A DNA stretch of 64,000 bases from Lingula anatina (taxonomy: Eukaryota > Animalia > Brachiopoda), in assembly GCA_051362555.1 (NCBI GenBank), contig CM120640.1:59994788-60058787 (forward strand). The letters are read 5' to 3'. Under the pieces are notes generated by a model. It made no database searches and had not been told where the DNA came from. It saw only the letters and a program-made list of their open reading frames with translations. Positions 36,172 through 49,627 of the stretch are shown one piece after another (positions within the stretch are counted from its first letter, which is position 1; each line of letters begins with the position of its first letter). Made by a program: the position numbers and the translations under genes.

Positions 36172-39100
36172 ATTAATTAAATACATAAATAATAATAATT
36201 ATATTATTTTGATTTTTACACAAAACAATCCTGCTTACCCTCTTGCAAATAGGGCTTTGGGAGTGAAAAAAGGACCCTGAACCAACCAGGCTCTACGCAG
36301 AATAGTTCGGTCCCAGGTATAATATACACTCCAGCAGCAAACAACTTTTGGAATAGTTGCATTTCTTCCTCTCTGGTCTTTTCAGACATGAACTGTAGCG
36401 AAAACAAAAACGGTTTCTATACAGCTGGTAGATTCTGAAGCTAAGAAATAGACAATTGTTTACAACAAGAAAGTAAACTATGCACTGGTCGGAGCAGAAC
36501 TAGAAGTTTGTGAAGCGAAACGAGACAAATGCAATGTATACAGGGCCGTAGCCTCTGGGGGGCAGCTGCCCCCCCTGGGATTTGAGGTGCAAAAAAAAAA
36601 AAAAAAAATAACTAGAGGATCAGAGAGGCGATACCGCCTCCGAATATTGTTCCACCAGCTGGAGCAAGCGCATTCGTATAGACCCCCACATACACAAAGT
36701 AAGGGACACAGCCACCAGTCTTGTGCTTGACAAGCTGTAATAATGCAATCAACAAGAATTTTCAAAATATGCAAAAATATGTATAACTTAAAATGGTACA
36801 ATCAAAGTTAATTCATCGTAAGGTAGGTCAAAGGTCAATTTCAAGGTCACATTTAGATTGCCAGTATATGACTTCCTATTCAAGTTCTATAGTAATTATG
36901 GACCTATCTCAGCCAGTTTTGGAGAAAAAAGGGAAGCAAAATTTGAAAAGTTCAGTTCATGGTGAAAAGTAGGTCAAAGATCAATTTCAAGGTCACAGTA
37001 AGATTGCCAGTATATGACTTCTTATTCAACTTCAATGGTAACTATCATCATATCTCTGCCAGTTTTGGAGATAAAAGGGAAGCAAAATTTGCAAAGTTCA
37101 GTTCATGGTGAAAAGTAGGTCAAAGATCAATTTCAAGGTCACAGTAAGATTGCCAGTATATGACTTCCTATTCAAGTTCAATAGTAACTATGGACCTTTC
37201 TCTGCCAGTTTTGGAGATAAAAGGGAAGCAAAATTTGCAAAGTTCAGTTCATGGTGAAAAGTAGGTCAAAGGTCAATTTCAAGGTCACAGTAAGATTGCC
37301 AGTATATGACTTTCTATTCAACTTCAATAGTAACTATGGACCTATCTCTGCCAGTTTTGGAGATATAAGGGACTAAATGTTATAATTTTGAAGTTACCAT
37401 AATGTTCCATAAATTTCCTACAGGAAAAAATTAATTAAAATAAAGAAAAGGTCATTTTGGTCAAAATTCTTGCAATGGGAGGTGCTCTGAAGTTCCAGAA
37501 GTTCAAATTTGATGAAATAATGTCATTTTTGACCACAAGTTGTCTGCTTTGCCAAGCCTTATATATTTTTTTTTCTGGAGTTCAAAATTTATTATCCATT
37601 ACCGTACTGCACATTTTGCTTTCACCACCAATATGTACTTTTTGATACAGCGTAACTCGAAAACCGTAAGGAAATACAAAAAAACGGAGACCACCTCCAG
37701 TGTTGGGCTTTACATGCTCTACAAAATGAAAAAAAGAATGGGTCTCTAGCGTTAACGGTTCCCGAATTAGAGACAGTTTTCAGTTTCGGTATCTTATGGC
37801 CGCTACTCCTGTGAAAATGCACCGATTGACCCCAAATTCACGGAGATGAAAGATGACCTGAAGGGTAACAACTTCCAATAATATTATTGGTTAAGTCTGT
37901 GTGGTGTCTGAATAACAGGGCAAATAATTTTTTTTCGTAAAAAAATTCATTTTTTTGAAAATTTTGGCCCGTTTGACCTTGAAATAAAGGTCAAAGGTCA
38001 AATCCAAGGGCATATTTGAAATCTACACATATGACTTTTGGAAAGCCGTCTGTAGAAATTTTTCCCATAATTCATTCCGTAGGGTAGATAATTAGCATTT
38101 AATTTTGCCATTTTTGGACAAGGGTGCATTGCAATGAATGCCACACCTAGACCCCAATACCGACAAAGCCCAAATTTTACGTGGAACGAGTTGAGATAAT
38201 AGGTGACCTAAATCCAAGAAATGGGTACAGGGGCCCTTACCGTCTAGGAGGAGAAGCGGTAACGGTAGCCGTCCGGCGGAGCCGCAGGAGCCGCAGGAGC
38301 CGGCGGAACGATCCGGACGGGACTAAAACCATGTGTACCGCCAGCGCTAACGCTGGTGGTACAATAATCGCAAAGGTAAAAAAAAATAATTGCAAAGTTG
38401 GTATCAATTCTGTGAGAAAATGCACTCATGGGCACTAGACAATCATTCAACAATCTGTTTACAAAGGTGTCTGTTTTTAGCCAACTCAGTTCATGCCAAA
38501 AAGCTCACCCTCCCTTAGGGAGCTCTCCTGATCCTATTCCTAATCCTGAGACAATCTACGAAATGAAGTCCAACTGGCGTGTTGTGCTGAAAAAATGACT
38601 GTACTTATGGCAAAATGAACCCACAATTCCTGACTTCTGATTGAGCAATAAATAAGTTAAAATGCACCAGAATGCAGTATTATACATACAGTTTTAAAAA
38701 TTTTCCACACCATGGGAGGGGGACACCCCCTCCCACACCCTCCCCCTCTCGGGGCCTTTGCCTCTCGTGTCCGCTTACTGCCCCCCCCCCCCCCCCCCCC
38801 TGGCATTTTGCTCAGGCTACGGCCCTGGTATACAACAATAGCATAGGACAATTTACTACGGGAAAAATTTAGGCCTACAGAGTCATGAGATATTTGTTTG
38901 AATGTTCGGCCCAAGAATAAAAAATCAATTGGGAGTAATTACGATCTAATCAAGTTTTGATTCTTAGGATCAGTTACAAGTTATCTGGAGGAAGGCCTAT
39001 CTATTAATCATACGAAACCATAGACGCACACAACTAAACACGAAAACACACACACACACACACACACACATATCGCAAATAGCCGTTCAAAGGGAAGCAC

Positions 39101-42100
39101 TATGGTTTCAATCAGGATTGCTATAGGGAAGGCTCTTTTAAACTATGCACGACGACGTAAAATTTAAAAATTGACACAAATCTTTTTTGAGTTCTGACGA
39201 TTTTTTTTTCAAAGTAAAAAAATCACGTTGGCGGAAAATCGAGGTAAACGGAGTTTCCAAGTATTTAGGATACAGGGATGGGAATTTGCCTAGTTTTGTC
39301 TGGTTTCGCTCACTGTTTCTTTAGTAGGGAGGAGAAGGGTTGCCTCAAAAGAAAAGGAAGGGTCCCCTGTGCCCACATTCCTGGGATCTATGACCCACCA
39401 AACAACTTTTCTCCGACCAGAGGTCGCGCTAGCAGTCTGTTACAAAATTATTGTATCTATACTTTCATTTTGTATGCTATTTTAGAGGCCCCTGATATCA
39501 GACGGTAAGTGTACCAAACAACTAGCTTGGATCCACTACTGGGGGGTAAACTGTTTAGGCAAGTCGATCATAATCTGTTAAAGTGAGCATGTATTACTGT
39601 TTGGATGCGTGTGTCTAAAGTGGTCTGAACGGCAAAAACCTTCGCGATAATGTTATATTAGAGACAAGCATACCGGTGAAAAATTTGCCCATACAAAAAA
39701 GGCGGCTTTGCTTGGGTGGCATTTGATCCCGAGATCTTCTAATTCATTCGTAACAAAAGCAAACATTTCTCTCATCCTGTGGCGGTTCATAGGAAAATAC
39801 GTGGAATCAAGCCATTCTGAAAGGAGAAACGGGAATATCCACATAAAATGCTATATACTAACTATATGTACAGGCTTTAACATTTTCCGATGTTCATTGC
39901 AAAAGCACGAACGTCACTTGCCAGTTTTAAATCTTACTTAAAGTCTAAACATTAACAAATGACTTGTAAAACAAAGTCATTAGCTGCTTTGGTACCGTGA
40001 CGAAACAGTACCAGACTGGTAATTTGTTCTATTGCGTCTTATAATATATGATTTACGTTTTAAAGAACGTCTCCCCAAGTTTAACCCGACCCTGACTATG
40101 CTGAGGTAAATAAAGTGCCTTTTTTTGCGCTAATGTTACAATGAATGGTCATTCAGTATGCTCCGATAAATATCAGATCCAACATGTTGGAGCCTAGGAA
40201 ATTGTATTAACATTATGACTTAAATTTTATTTCTATTAAAAAAACATCTGCCTACTTTTGTCAGAAATCATTATCCTCATCATATTCTGGAGCAGTACCG
40301 GTGTGCACTGGTAGTAAGCTATATTGTCAATGAAAGTTTTCAGCTTCTTATTACTGCTAATTATTGTACCACACCTGAAACCTGAGAGAGCGAAGTCCTG
40401 AAAAATTTGATATTTCCATATTAGAAGTATATTGGATTGAGGTAAATGAATGCAGAAATAGTTTCATCGGCAATAGATAATTTGAATAGAATTATTCAGT
40501 ATGTAATCATCCCACAGCTCTATTGTAGTAATCTTCCATTTCTATATCTGTTAGTTCCTTACCTTACTAAATCCCCACAGAACATGTGTTTTGTCAGGGT
40601 CTGGGAGGTTGGGTAACGCAAGGACACTGCAAAACTGGGTTTCTGAGTCAAACACCGACAAGGCGTAAATCTCATCCGCTATGACGTGTAATTGGTGCCT
40701 AGAAATATGATTGACTCATTTTTTCATATTGTTAAATATTGTTTTAATCTTTTTCTTGGGGTCTTTTTTGTTGCACCTATAGCACACACATGTATACAAA
40801 TATTTAAATAGCCTGACAGAGTCTAAGAACCCATTCAGAACAGGTGATCAAATATGGCGGACCCTATATGAAAGCAAGACCGCTTAATCCACGATGGTCT
40901 TATCGCCTCCACACGCTCCATTAAACGGATTAAATCTCGGTTTCCAGATTTAATTGCTAGGCCCCTGCAGGGACGGCGCGTGTGGAGGCGGAGAGACCAT
41001 TAAAGGATTAAGCGGTCTTCCTTTTATGTAGGATCCGCCACATTTGATCCGCGGATCAGTAGACCCCAGTATCGTCTGTTCTGAATGGGTTTTAAGAGAA
41101 AAGAAAAAGTCCCCCATCTTCGCGTACCTTTTTGCGAAAAGCAAGATATCCATCAGCAATTCTGGCGAGTAAACGTCTCCTGTTGGGTTGGAGGGATTCA
41201 ATAAGAAAATGCCCTTCACCACCAAACCCTATAGAGAAAAAAATAAAATTTGGAATTAAACAAAACAGCAAACATTGCTGAATTTCGAACATTGATTTCA
41301 GGCATATTTCTTTTTACCAAAATCGCATGGCAATACTTGTTTTTCTCTCAGTATTCTTAGTTACATGTTAGTTTCCGTGTTAGCTATTAGGCCTACAGAA
41401 AATTACGGTGTCAGTCACTTTGTCTCTAAATGACCAGGCGACGCTCTGACCTGTCCGGTGGCGTCTTGGTACGCTTTCTCCACGTCTTCCAATGTCAACT
41501 GGAAGGGTCGGACTTTGCCATTCTCTTGCTAGGAAAAACGTAGATAATCACAGATGACCACCTGCACAATGTACCATCATAACATAGATTGCGAATGAGT
41601 TAGTAAACATAAGAGACGAAAGTTAAGCAAACCAACATATTATTTATCCTCATTTGCGTATTTGAGCTCTTGTATCTCAAAACTACCAGGTGGAAGCTCG
41701 CTATAAACGATATCACACAATCAACTTTATTAAATTAATATGTATGAATACGTACATATCATAAAGAAACTGAGAAAAATAGTTTTGGTGTTAAAATCAA
41801 AAGTTACGAATTCTATGTAAATGGGATATTTTTGTGTTAAAAGAAAAATTAATATAAACTTTTGATTTCTAACCTGGCTTGTCAGTGGAATATCGAAACA
41901 ATCCACTTGGCCCCTGATATTGCAATCAAACTTCACCATGCTGTAATACGGACTTGGACACAGTAGGTATTCTGAAAATTATCACGTTAATAAAATACGG
42001 TAAAATATGAAAAAAACGGTTTACTTTATAAAAAGTGTATGTGATATACTAATATTTTTATATGCAACACTATAAAAAGGAAAATTTAGAACTGAGATTA

Positions 42101-43807
42101 AACGGAAGACAAAAAAACATACATTTGCCTTAAAAGACGGAAAGAGATTTTGTTTCACATCGTCATTAAAAAATGTGTCAGGGTGGTTCCCTCCCCTTAC
42201 CCCCGGGGTCTGCTACTGCTGAGGCCACCTGCTCCAGAGCTGAACCGCAACCATTAACAACCATTACCTGAAATGTAACATGGAGTTCATGGCACGTACT
42301 CTCTTTGCAATGTACATGTACACAACACGCATGCATATTTAAATGCATATCTTATATATTAAAATAATCTTGGATCCGTTATATACATAATGAGTCCAAG
42401 GTTACATTTAATATCTTTAGATATATATTTACTATGGACAGGATAGTATTCACTATTTTTAAAGACTACAAATAAAACATCAATCTAAGAAAACAAAAAA
42501 AAAAAGTAAATAGAATATAACATGTATTTTTACATAATAAGGATGTATAACACGATTTGCTGGTTTATGTGCCTGTATGTCATGAGGATTGACATAATAT
42601 TAATATTTGTGCGCTTACATTATCAGGCTCGACACTCCGAGTTGTCCCAAATCTCTCTGTGATGAAATTGGCCAAGGACACCCTGAAACTATTATTGGTT
42701 AAATGCATTTTGAGAAATTATTACACGGCTTGTAACACCAATGTATAGATGATGGAGAAATAAATGCCCCATTGGTTGTGCGGTGTTTTAACAGTCGAAA
42801 AGACTTTGCTTCAAAACGACAATCGCATATTTCCATTTTGCATTCACATCTCCTAAATACGTGTACATATATATCAATGATGAGTATTAGGTTCCAGAAT
42901 ACTGCTCACTGTATCAGACTTTAGAACACTTTCAACATGAAATTTCAAATTGGTCTTGTATTTTAATTGTTACAAGCATTGTTAAACCAAGGTTGTTTTC
43001 ATCATCATGAAATCTGGAAGAAAAGTTCCCGAAAAGTCAACATTTTTATTCTGACTCCCCCCCCTCCCCCCCCCCCCCCCCAAGAAAAAATGTTACACTC
43101 CAGGCTACGTAAAATAATAAAATACATACTCTCGTGTCCCTGAAAACTTGAAGTAGTACAACATGTCTCTGCTCATTCCATGCATATCTGGCTGTGAGAG
43201 CTGAAATAGAAATATTGATTTTTAAGTCATCTTTTCAATCTTTTTCAACCATCTTCTCATAAATAAAGCGAATGTGACAATTTTAAATTACTTTCAGACA
43301 CAGAACGCTTCACATGATGCTTGGCCTAATATTGTTGACCGAAATTGCAGTAGTTTTGCTGCCTTACCCTCTCAAAAAGAATGTCCTCCATTAACTTATT
43401 TTCAGCCATCCCCATGCTTACTATGCCCTGTTGATAAATAAACCTATCGGGTATCATGTTTGTAGACAAGACAAAATATAGTAAAAGGATTAAAATAAAT
43501 TCAGTACGGATACATGTAGCTTCCCGTCAAACGAACACATCTTTACATTTGAAATGTAATGGAATCCGTGCTATAACAAAATCTAATAGGTTACTAGTAG
43601 CCTTTGAGGATTAGCAATGCCATTTGGAGTGTAGGCCTATTTGAACATTGGCTCAAACAAGGAATAGCTCAGCATGTATGTAATTTGTGTTACCTTGGGA
43701 TTGTTTTTCTCGTCGTAGGGATTGTGTATCGCTTGGGCGCCATACTTCATTAGAAAACTATGTGAGTCCGCTATAAATGTCCCTCTCTTCGATAAGTCTG
43801 AGGCCAT
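35986..43807 (-). CDS. ACCS: ACC synthase-like PLP-dependent enzyme, paralog B (~424 aa)
   Basis: 13 exons: 43807-43694, 43427-43368, 43200-43130, 42688-42619, 42267-42201, 41971-41874, 41528-41451, 41228-41128, 40698-40563, 40397-40256, 39816-39674, 36392-36239, 36026-35986. All 11 internal exons match paralog A in length. Motifs GMAENKL, NPSNPTG, DEIYALS, WGFSKDFALSGFRCG, EPGWFR. Confidence 0.92.
36541..38827. mobile_element. GC-rich TIR element with 5-bp TSD hosting a HINE insertion
   Basis: gtata|CAGGGCCGTAGCCT...AGGCTACGGCCCTG|gtata. Confidence 0.85.
36611..38362 (-). mobile_element. Second HINE-like copy with 146-bp tandem repeats
   Basis: Same termini as 24503-27612; repeat anchors at 36825, 36971, 37117, 37263. 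Confidence 0.82.
40827..41092. mobile_element. PIF/Harbinger-like MITE (same family as 16715-16899)
   Basis: TAA TSD; GAACCCATTCAGAACAG...CTGTTCTGAATGGGTTT with extended internal inverted repeats. Confidence 0.75.
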
Positions 43808-44672
43808 GTCGCCAGTCCTCGATAAAAGAAGAACAAAAGTATATAATACTTTATGTTTTGCTGTGTGCTAATCACACGGTTTGCTTAAAGGTATCCCGGA
43901 ATTATCCAGCCAAATCGAATTTTCCTCGAAAATTAAGCAATTTCTCCCACTCACGAATCATTGCTCGACCCGTTCCTGAATTTCGATTCGATGTTTTATA
44001 CCATTTCAAATTAAATAAATAGTTCTAAATGACTGACCAGTCATTTAGACCACCATGTCCTCCATTCCGTTTTCTTTGCGGGGTTTAATCGTTTTTAATA
44101 CCATAATTGGGAAAAGTAAATGGCTTTGCAGGATATGCTTTATTCATTGTAACGTATGCATCTACATGGATAGATGAAAATGTACAAAAGAATGCAAATA
44201 TATATAAATATGAATTATGATCAATAGTGATATTGTATGACTCCTTGTATGAAAAAAAAAAATACAAAACATATTTAGCGGAGCCCAAATAGCTCTACCT
44301 ACTCAACTGGTTATGGGTGCAGCACAGTCCCTTTTTTGGAAGGCTAACCATAAATACTTGGCAAGAGCAATAATAAGGATATGTAAACATGGAAAATGTG
44401 ACTTTGGCACGTTTTCAAACGCGGATGGTATACTACATTTAAGGCTTTTGCCTTAATTCATCTTTTTTAAACATTAGGGCACACCCACGCGTACAGTATG
44501 TGAAAGTTAATTAAGCACAAACTACGTGGATGACAACGGGTAGCCTGCTCCTTGGCCTTATGCTGGATGCTGTAATACTTAAGTCTCGGGTCCACTAAGG
44601 GTCAGAAGTTTATGTAAATCTTGGAAAAATAAAACGTTTTATTGGTCCCAGTGTAAACAGAGTCCTTTGTAA

Positions 44673-44891
44673 AACCCCCTTTACACTGGAAAGCATCCTT
44701 TCTGCGTCCTTTTGTGCGACCATGTAACTGGCATCGCTGTGGTCGCAGAAAGGAGGCACAAACATCGCTTTGATTGCAGAATGAATGCTCGATGATCGGC
44801 CAACTGTTGGCAAGTAAAGTATTATTATTTTTTCTCTCAAAAGGGGCCCTGCTTCGGAACGCAGAAAGGACGCCGTCCAGTGTAAAGGGGC
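44673..44891. mobile_element. Harbinger-like MITE
   Basis: Inverted repeat CCCCTTTACACTGGA...CCTTTCTGCGT / ACGCAGAAAGG...TCCAGTGTAAAGGGG with TAA flanks. Confidence 0.6.
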
Positions 44892-46513
44892 TTAAACTGT
44901 CAAAAGAATTACATATGTGGTTAAGACTAGCGAATAGAATTCCCCTCCGTTTCGGTTGACTGCAACCAGCTTCTCGCATATTGGTAACGTTCTTATTCAT
45001 ACACGATGGATGTTAAGTTCTCGGAAAATGCAAAAATTATGTTGGAGAATACTTGAATTTTTAGCATATGTGTGCTGAAACTAAAACGGGGTGTAAAAAA
45101 AGGATAGTTATCACGTTACTGACCAAAAAACAATGAAGACTTTTGGCAATGGGAAGTTTCGAGACATCAATAACACCATGGGCCGTTCCCCGAATAGTTT
45201 AGACTTTTTTTGCCGTGGATCGATTGATCGAAGATTTAATTAAACGTAACATAAAAACCATAAGGGCTTTTCATAAACTAGAACCAAACCCTGTTTACCT
45301 TACCTGCAAGTCGAGTTCTTCCTGGCTGTTCCACGAGCAGAGCCTCTACGGTCCACGTCTTCAATGCAATGGTGGGTCCAGGGGGGGGCACTTATATTCT
45401 GATACATACCTTCTCTTTCTCTTTCTCTCTCTCTCTCTCTTTCTCCACCCCTCCCCCTCCCCCGCAAAACAGTATAATGAACAAAACAAGAAAGAACAAA
45501 TTAATTTTCCATAGCTGCTTTATATTTTATAGTAAAATTTTCCTAATCCACAATTTTATACTTTATTTGCGTCGTTCGGGAATTTTATTCCCCCCCCCCC
45601 CCCCCTCCCCAGCACATTCTGGATCCACCACTGTAATGGGCGTAGGTATTTTAGCATCGATTATTAGTGGTGTCACAGGATTGTAACGGGTGTTTTCATT
45701 AGGGGTGGGGTTGGTGGAGACGGGGGGGGTTTACTTTTACCCTTGAGCCTAAGTGTGTTCATCTAATCTATAACAAAATTTGAATAAGAATGGACGTTTG
45801 CCAGGACCAATGGGACCAATGGAAGATTCGAGACATCAATAATTTGTGTTGGACCCCCCCCCTCCCCCAAACCTTCCTCTGCCTATTGTGTTGTTCTTTT
45901 GATAAGCTGAAACTCGAATATTTTAAAAATGGAACGATGGATTTTCACTGCGCCTTGCAAACACAACCGTAACCAAATAGAAAGATTAATTCCCATTAGC
46001 AAGTTGAAGCTTTATCGCCAGCCCGTCAGAATGGCCTGAACGGAAAACATGCCCAACTAACGATATCTTTATTAAAGTACACAAATTTGGAGGTAATTTT
46101 GTGAATTTTGAGCTTCAAAACACCTCTCTTTTAGCTAGGTTTGGGAGTTAATGAGCTACGTGATAACGTGGTCCGTTGACGAGAGCCAGTTCAGTAAGCT
46201 GTCAAACTGAGCTACCATTATCTACCTTTAAAATGACTTTTCAAACTACTGATAACAATTCATACCCATTCACCTATCTCTACGGAGGGGTTTATATCCA
46301 TACGAAGCCAGGTGCCTGACTATTCAATGATTTGACTTGCATTTAATTACGGTTATCCCAAGTAGTGTAAAATACTGCATTCGAATGACTTTCATTCAGT
46401 ATGAGGTCCATGTTATTTGTGAAATTCAATTCACTTCAATTTATAAAACCCTTGAGCCCTACAGCTCATCAGAATGAAATGCAGTAAAAATATAAAGTCA
46501 TAACAACAACAAC

Positions 46514-46868
46514 GAGAACGCAGACCTCCGCCAAGTCTCCAGCCAATGCCGTTTCACCCCCTAAATTTCCATTGATTATTGATTGATTATTGATTGATTA
46601 TTGATCCGGATCACCACCAAAATGTAAGTAATGTTATGTTTTCACCCCTGTTTGTTTGTTTGTTTGTTTGTTCGTCTGTCTGTCATCAACATAACTCAAA
46701 AAGTTATGGACCGATTTTGATGAAATTTTCAGGAACTGTCAGAAGTGGGCCAAGGAACAGATGATTAGTTTTTGGTAGTGATCTGGATCAATAATCAATC
46801 AATAATCAATAATAATAAAAAGTCGCTGACTTGGCGGAGGTCTGCGCTCTCGGAGTGCTTTTCTAGTT
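46514..46868. mobile_element. Two partial small Helentron-type MITE copies in opposite orientation
   Basis: 46514-46625 and 46633-46868 both match 54871-55120 (GCAGACCTCCGCCAAG, ATTGATT repeats, GGATCAC(C/T)ACCAAAA). Confidence 0.75.
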
Positions 46869-47049
46869 ATGTATGTTATTGTAGTCAGAGAATATAATTT
46901 ATGTAAAAGGTTACATGTGAATATGTATATATTTAAGTGATACACATGATAACATATAAAAGCTGGACTACCAGAAAAGCAGATTAATTCAATAAAAGGT
47001 CATACCGAGGAGATCTCTTGTTGTTCTTGTTTGTGACAGTAATAATAAA

Positions 47050-47541
47050 AACTCATCAGACTGACGTTCATCTTAACTCCGATGCACATTTTAAAGAACT
47101 TACCTAAGTTGTTTAATTGTGATACATTGTTAAGTGAAAACAATTTAATAAGCTTGAAAACACTTTTCTTTGTATAATAAAATTTCTGATGTATTTCTGC
47201 CCAATCGTTCTCTAATTTCTCTAAATTCATCCTCGATGTCATTTAAAATACAGTTTACAGGTTCTTAATTTTTATTTGTGTCTGTTTACCTTCCAGTTTC
47301 TACAGCTAGATTGTGTGATGAAAGGTCTAAATTTGGCAATTAATTCCTTATAATTATGTGAAATTGGCTTAATAAAATAAAATTGCACTGTAAAATTATC
47401 AACAAGATGTTGATACAATAGCCCTCTACTCCTTTTGGATATTTCCCCGGTCAATGTTTGTCTAAAGTTATCTTTCACTCTTTGCTTTTTCAAAGACAGT
47501 ATAAAATTGTCTGATATATTTTCGTGAAAAATAAATGACAC
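47050..47541 (-). mobile_element. Decayed non-LTR retrotransposon 3' fragment (RTEX-like)
   Basis: Frameshifted remnants KQRVKDNF..LLYQHL..KFR/SHNLAVETGR..RTCKL/NDIEDEF, then KFYYTKKSVFKLIKLFS..NNLGKF, typical of a LINE ORF2 C-terminus. Confidence 0.6.
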
Positions 47542-48365
47542 GCCAATTGTCTCCAGTCCATTCTGTACTTACATTACCCGATCGAAATTTTTGTTAAGCA
47601 GATCTGTATAGCACGGTGTTATGTAATACAATTTTTCGAGGAGCGGATTTTCCACGGAAGTCTTGCCTGGGCATAGGCATGCTTCAAGATACCCTAGAGC
47701 GATCACTTTCATGAATGTTCGCGACCGTGTTTGAATTCATTTGTTTAAATATCGATAATAAACGTCATTTTGAAATACCAATAACATTACCCCATGAGAT
47801 ATATTGAAAAAAATATTAAAGCCCACCAAGAATCTGAGTTACTTGTTGTTACCTGGCTTGGGTAGTGCGGCGGTGCGTAATTAACAAGTAATATTGTTAA
47901 AGAGGTCTTGGTTAACTACCATGCATTTAAAATACATCACCTATTTTCTTTAAATCTCTCCGTTTACATTATATAACTTTACAATGTTTAACACCAAATT
48001 TCAATGGACTTCTGTAAGCAATACCCACTACCATCGGTTTAAAAGATGTTATCAAAAATTAATGGCACCGGGTATGTTCTTCATAATAACTACATCAATC
48101 TTGATTTTAACTGCAGCGGCCATGGAGTTATCCCCCGAACCGATAGCTATCTACGTGTACGCCCGACTAAGATTACACGCTTCCGGGCACTTCAACGGCT
48201 AAATAACACATGGTGACAGCGCCAGCCCTACCTCTTATCTTGGATTCCGTGTAGGAAAGAAAAAAAAACATATATTTCAGGGTATTAATATATACGCCCA
48301 AGTAACCATGTGTGTCAAAACGTGTTATACCTATACATCTGATATAAGAAAACTCCAATTTATAA

Positions 48366-48616
48366 CAGTGGTGGATTTAGGGTGTCAGGAGGGTCCTGCC
48401 CACCCCCCTTCGATTTCTGAAAAAAAATCACACCAATGGTCCCCTCTTGAAACTAGAATTTTGACCAGCTGAACCATAGTTCTAAACCGTACCAAATGGC
48501 AACGTTCTCCCTCTAAAATACCAAAATTTTTCGGGGCCCTTCAGTGTCCCCCGAACCCCAATCCAAGGGTATCCGCGGACCCCATATATAATCAAATAAT
48601 CCTGGATTCGCCCCTG
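48366..48616. mobile_element. GC-rich CAG...CTG MITE
   Basis: CAGTGGTGGATTTAGG...CCTGGATTCGCCCCTG; internal TGGTCCCCTCTTGAAA..AGAATTTTGAC shared with a fragment at ~28696-28846; similar termini at ~45366-45633. Confidence 0.6.
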
Positions 48617-49181
48617 TATGTCGATAATCTTACTGGTCGCGAGCTGTGTCTTGTATAGACTTTTCCTGGGGTGAAAATTTAATACTACCCTCTTAACTGG
48701 TTTACCCATGCTTAGGATTGGATAAGAAGAAGTCAAATATATGATAATTATTTACTTTTTTCACCTTCTGGTTAATACCCTTATTCCACACCGACTACAA
48801 ATTCCACGAACCGCCACGAATTGATAAATCCCAGGGTTCTTACCTTAATTGTGATAAATTCTTTAAGCTCTGAACTGATTCTTGTTTACTCTTAGTCAGT
48901 TCTTGCAATTCTTGAGAGATCGTGAAATCGGGACAAACGTTTTGAGCTCCCGAATGCAAAAAAGTCCTTGGTATATTCTTATCGTATCTGATTCCTAGTA
49001 CATTTTTGCCAGTCTTACCTATTCTTATCTTAAACTGGGAATCGTGAAGCATCCGTCTGACCACGATTTGACTACTATTCTGTAAAACAAGGTGTAAAAT
49101 ACCACAAAATAATATTCAGAGATAACTTGGAAGAGGGCAGTCATTAGATCATTCAGGATAAAGCAGAGAGATCATGACCGG

Positions 49182-49550
49182 TGTAACATGAAAATCTGAC
49201 TCCCATGAAAATCTGACTCCCCCAGTCAGAATTTCATAATGAAAATCTGACTCCCCCAGTCAGAATTTCATAATGAAAATCTGACTCCCCCCATGAAACT
49301 TTGACTCCCCCTCCACAAAACTTCATACATCTTATTTTATTTTGAGTATATGACTGTGATCTTGTAGTGTAGTATGTAAAATGGAGGATACATAGGCCCT
49401 TTTTTGTAGTTTGCAGGTGATAATTTTCATGAAAAAATAAGAAAATTAAAAGTGTGCACATAATCAAAATTTCATAGGGGGAGTCACATTTTCATAATGA
49501 AAATCTGACTGGGGAGTCACATTTTAGGGGAGTCAGATTTTCATGGTACA
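49182..49550. mobile_element. Ginger-like MITE with CCGG TSD
   Basis: ccgg|TGTAACATGAAAATCTGACTCCC...GGGAGTCAGATTTTCATGGTACA|ccgg; subterminal repeats ATGAAAATCTGACTCCCC. Confidence 0.75.
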
Positions 49551-49607
49551 CCGGGTCACCTCACACGACTTCACTTAGGAGGAAGATTCGCCTTTGAAGT
49601 CTTGGGG

Positions 49608-49627
49608 CAAGAAGTTATAACTTCTTG
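49608..49627. mobile_element. 20-bp perfect palindrome with 7-bp TSD (probable transposon footprint)
   Basis: cttgggg|CAAGAAGTTATAACTTCTTG|cttgggg. Confidence 0.6.

Noticed and set aside
44602-45000. 132-aa minus-strand ORF upstream of ACCS-like B
   Set aside because: Spans a MITE, has no recognisable motif and no splice connection.
47570-47712. 47-codon minus-strand ORF (MKVIALGYLEAC...) ending near a gtaagt
   Set aside because: No recognisable homology or partner exons; lies in a transposon-rich spacer.
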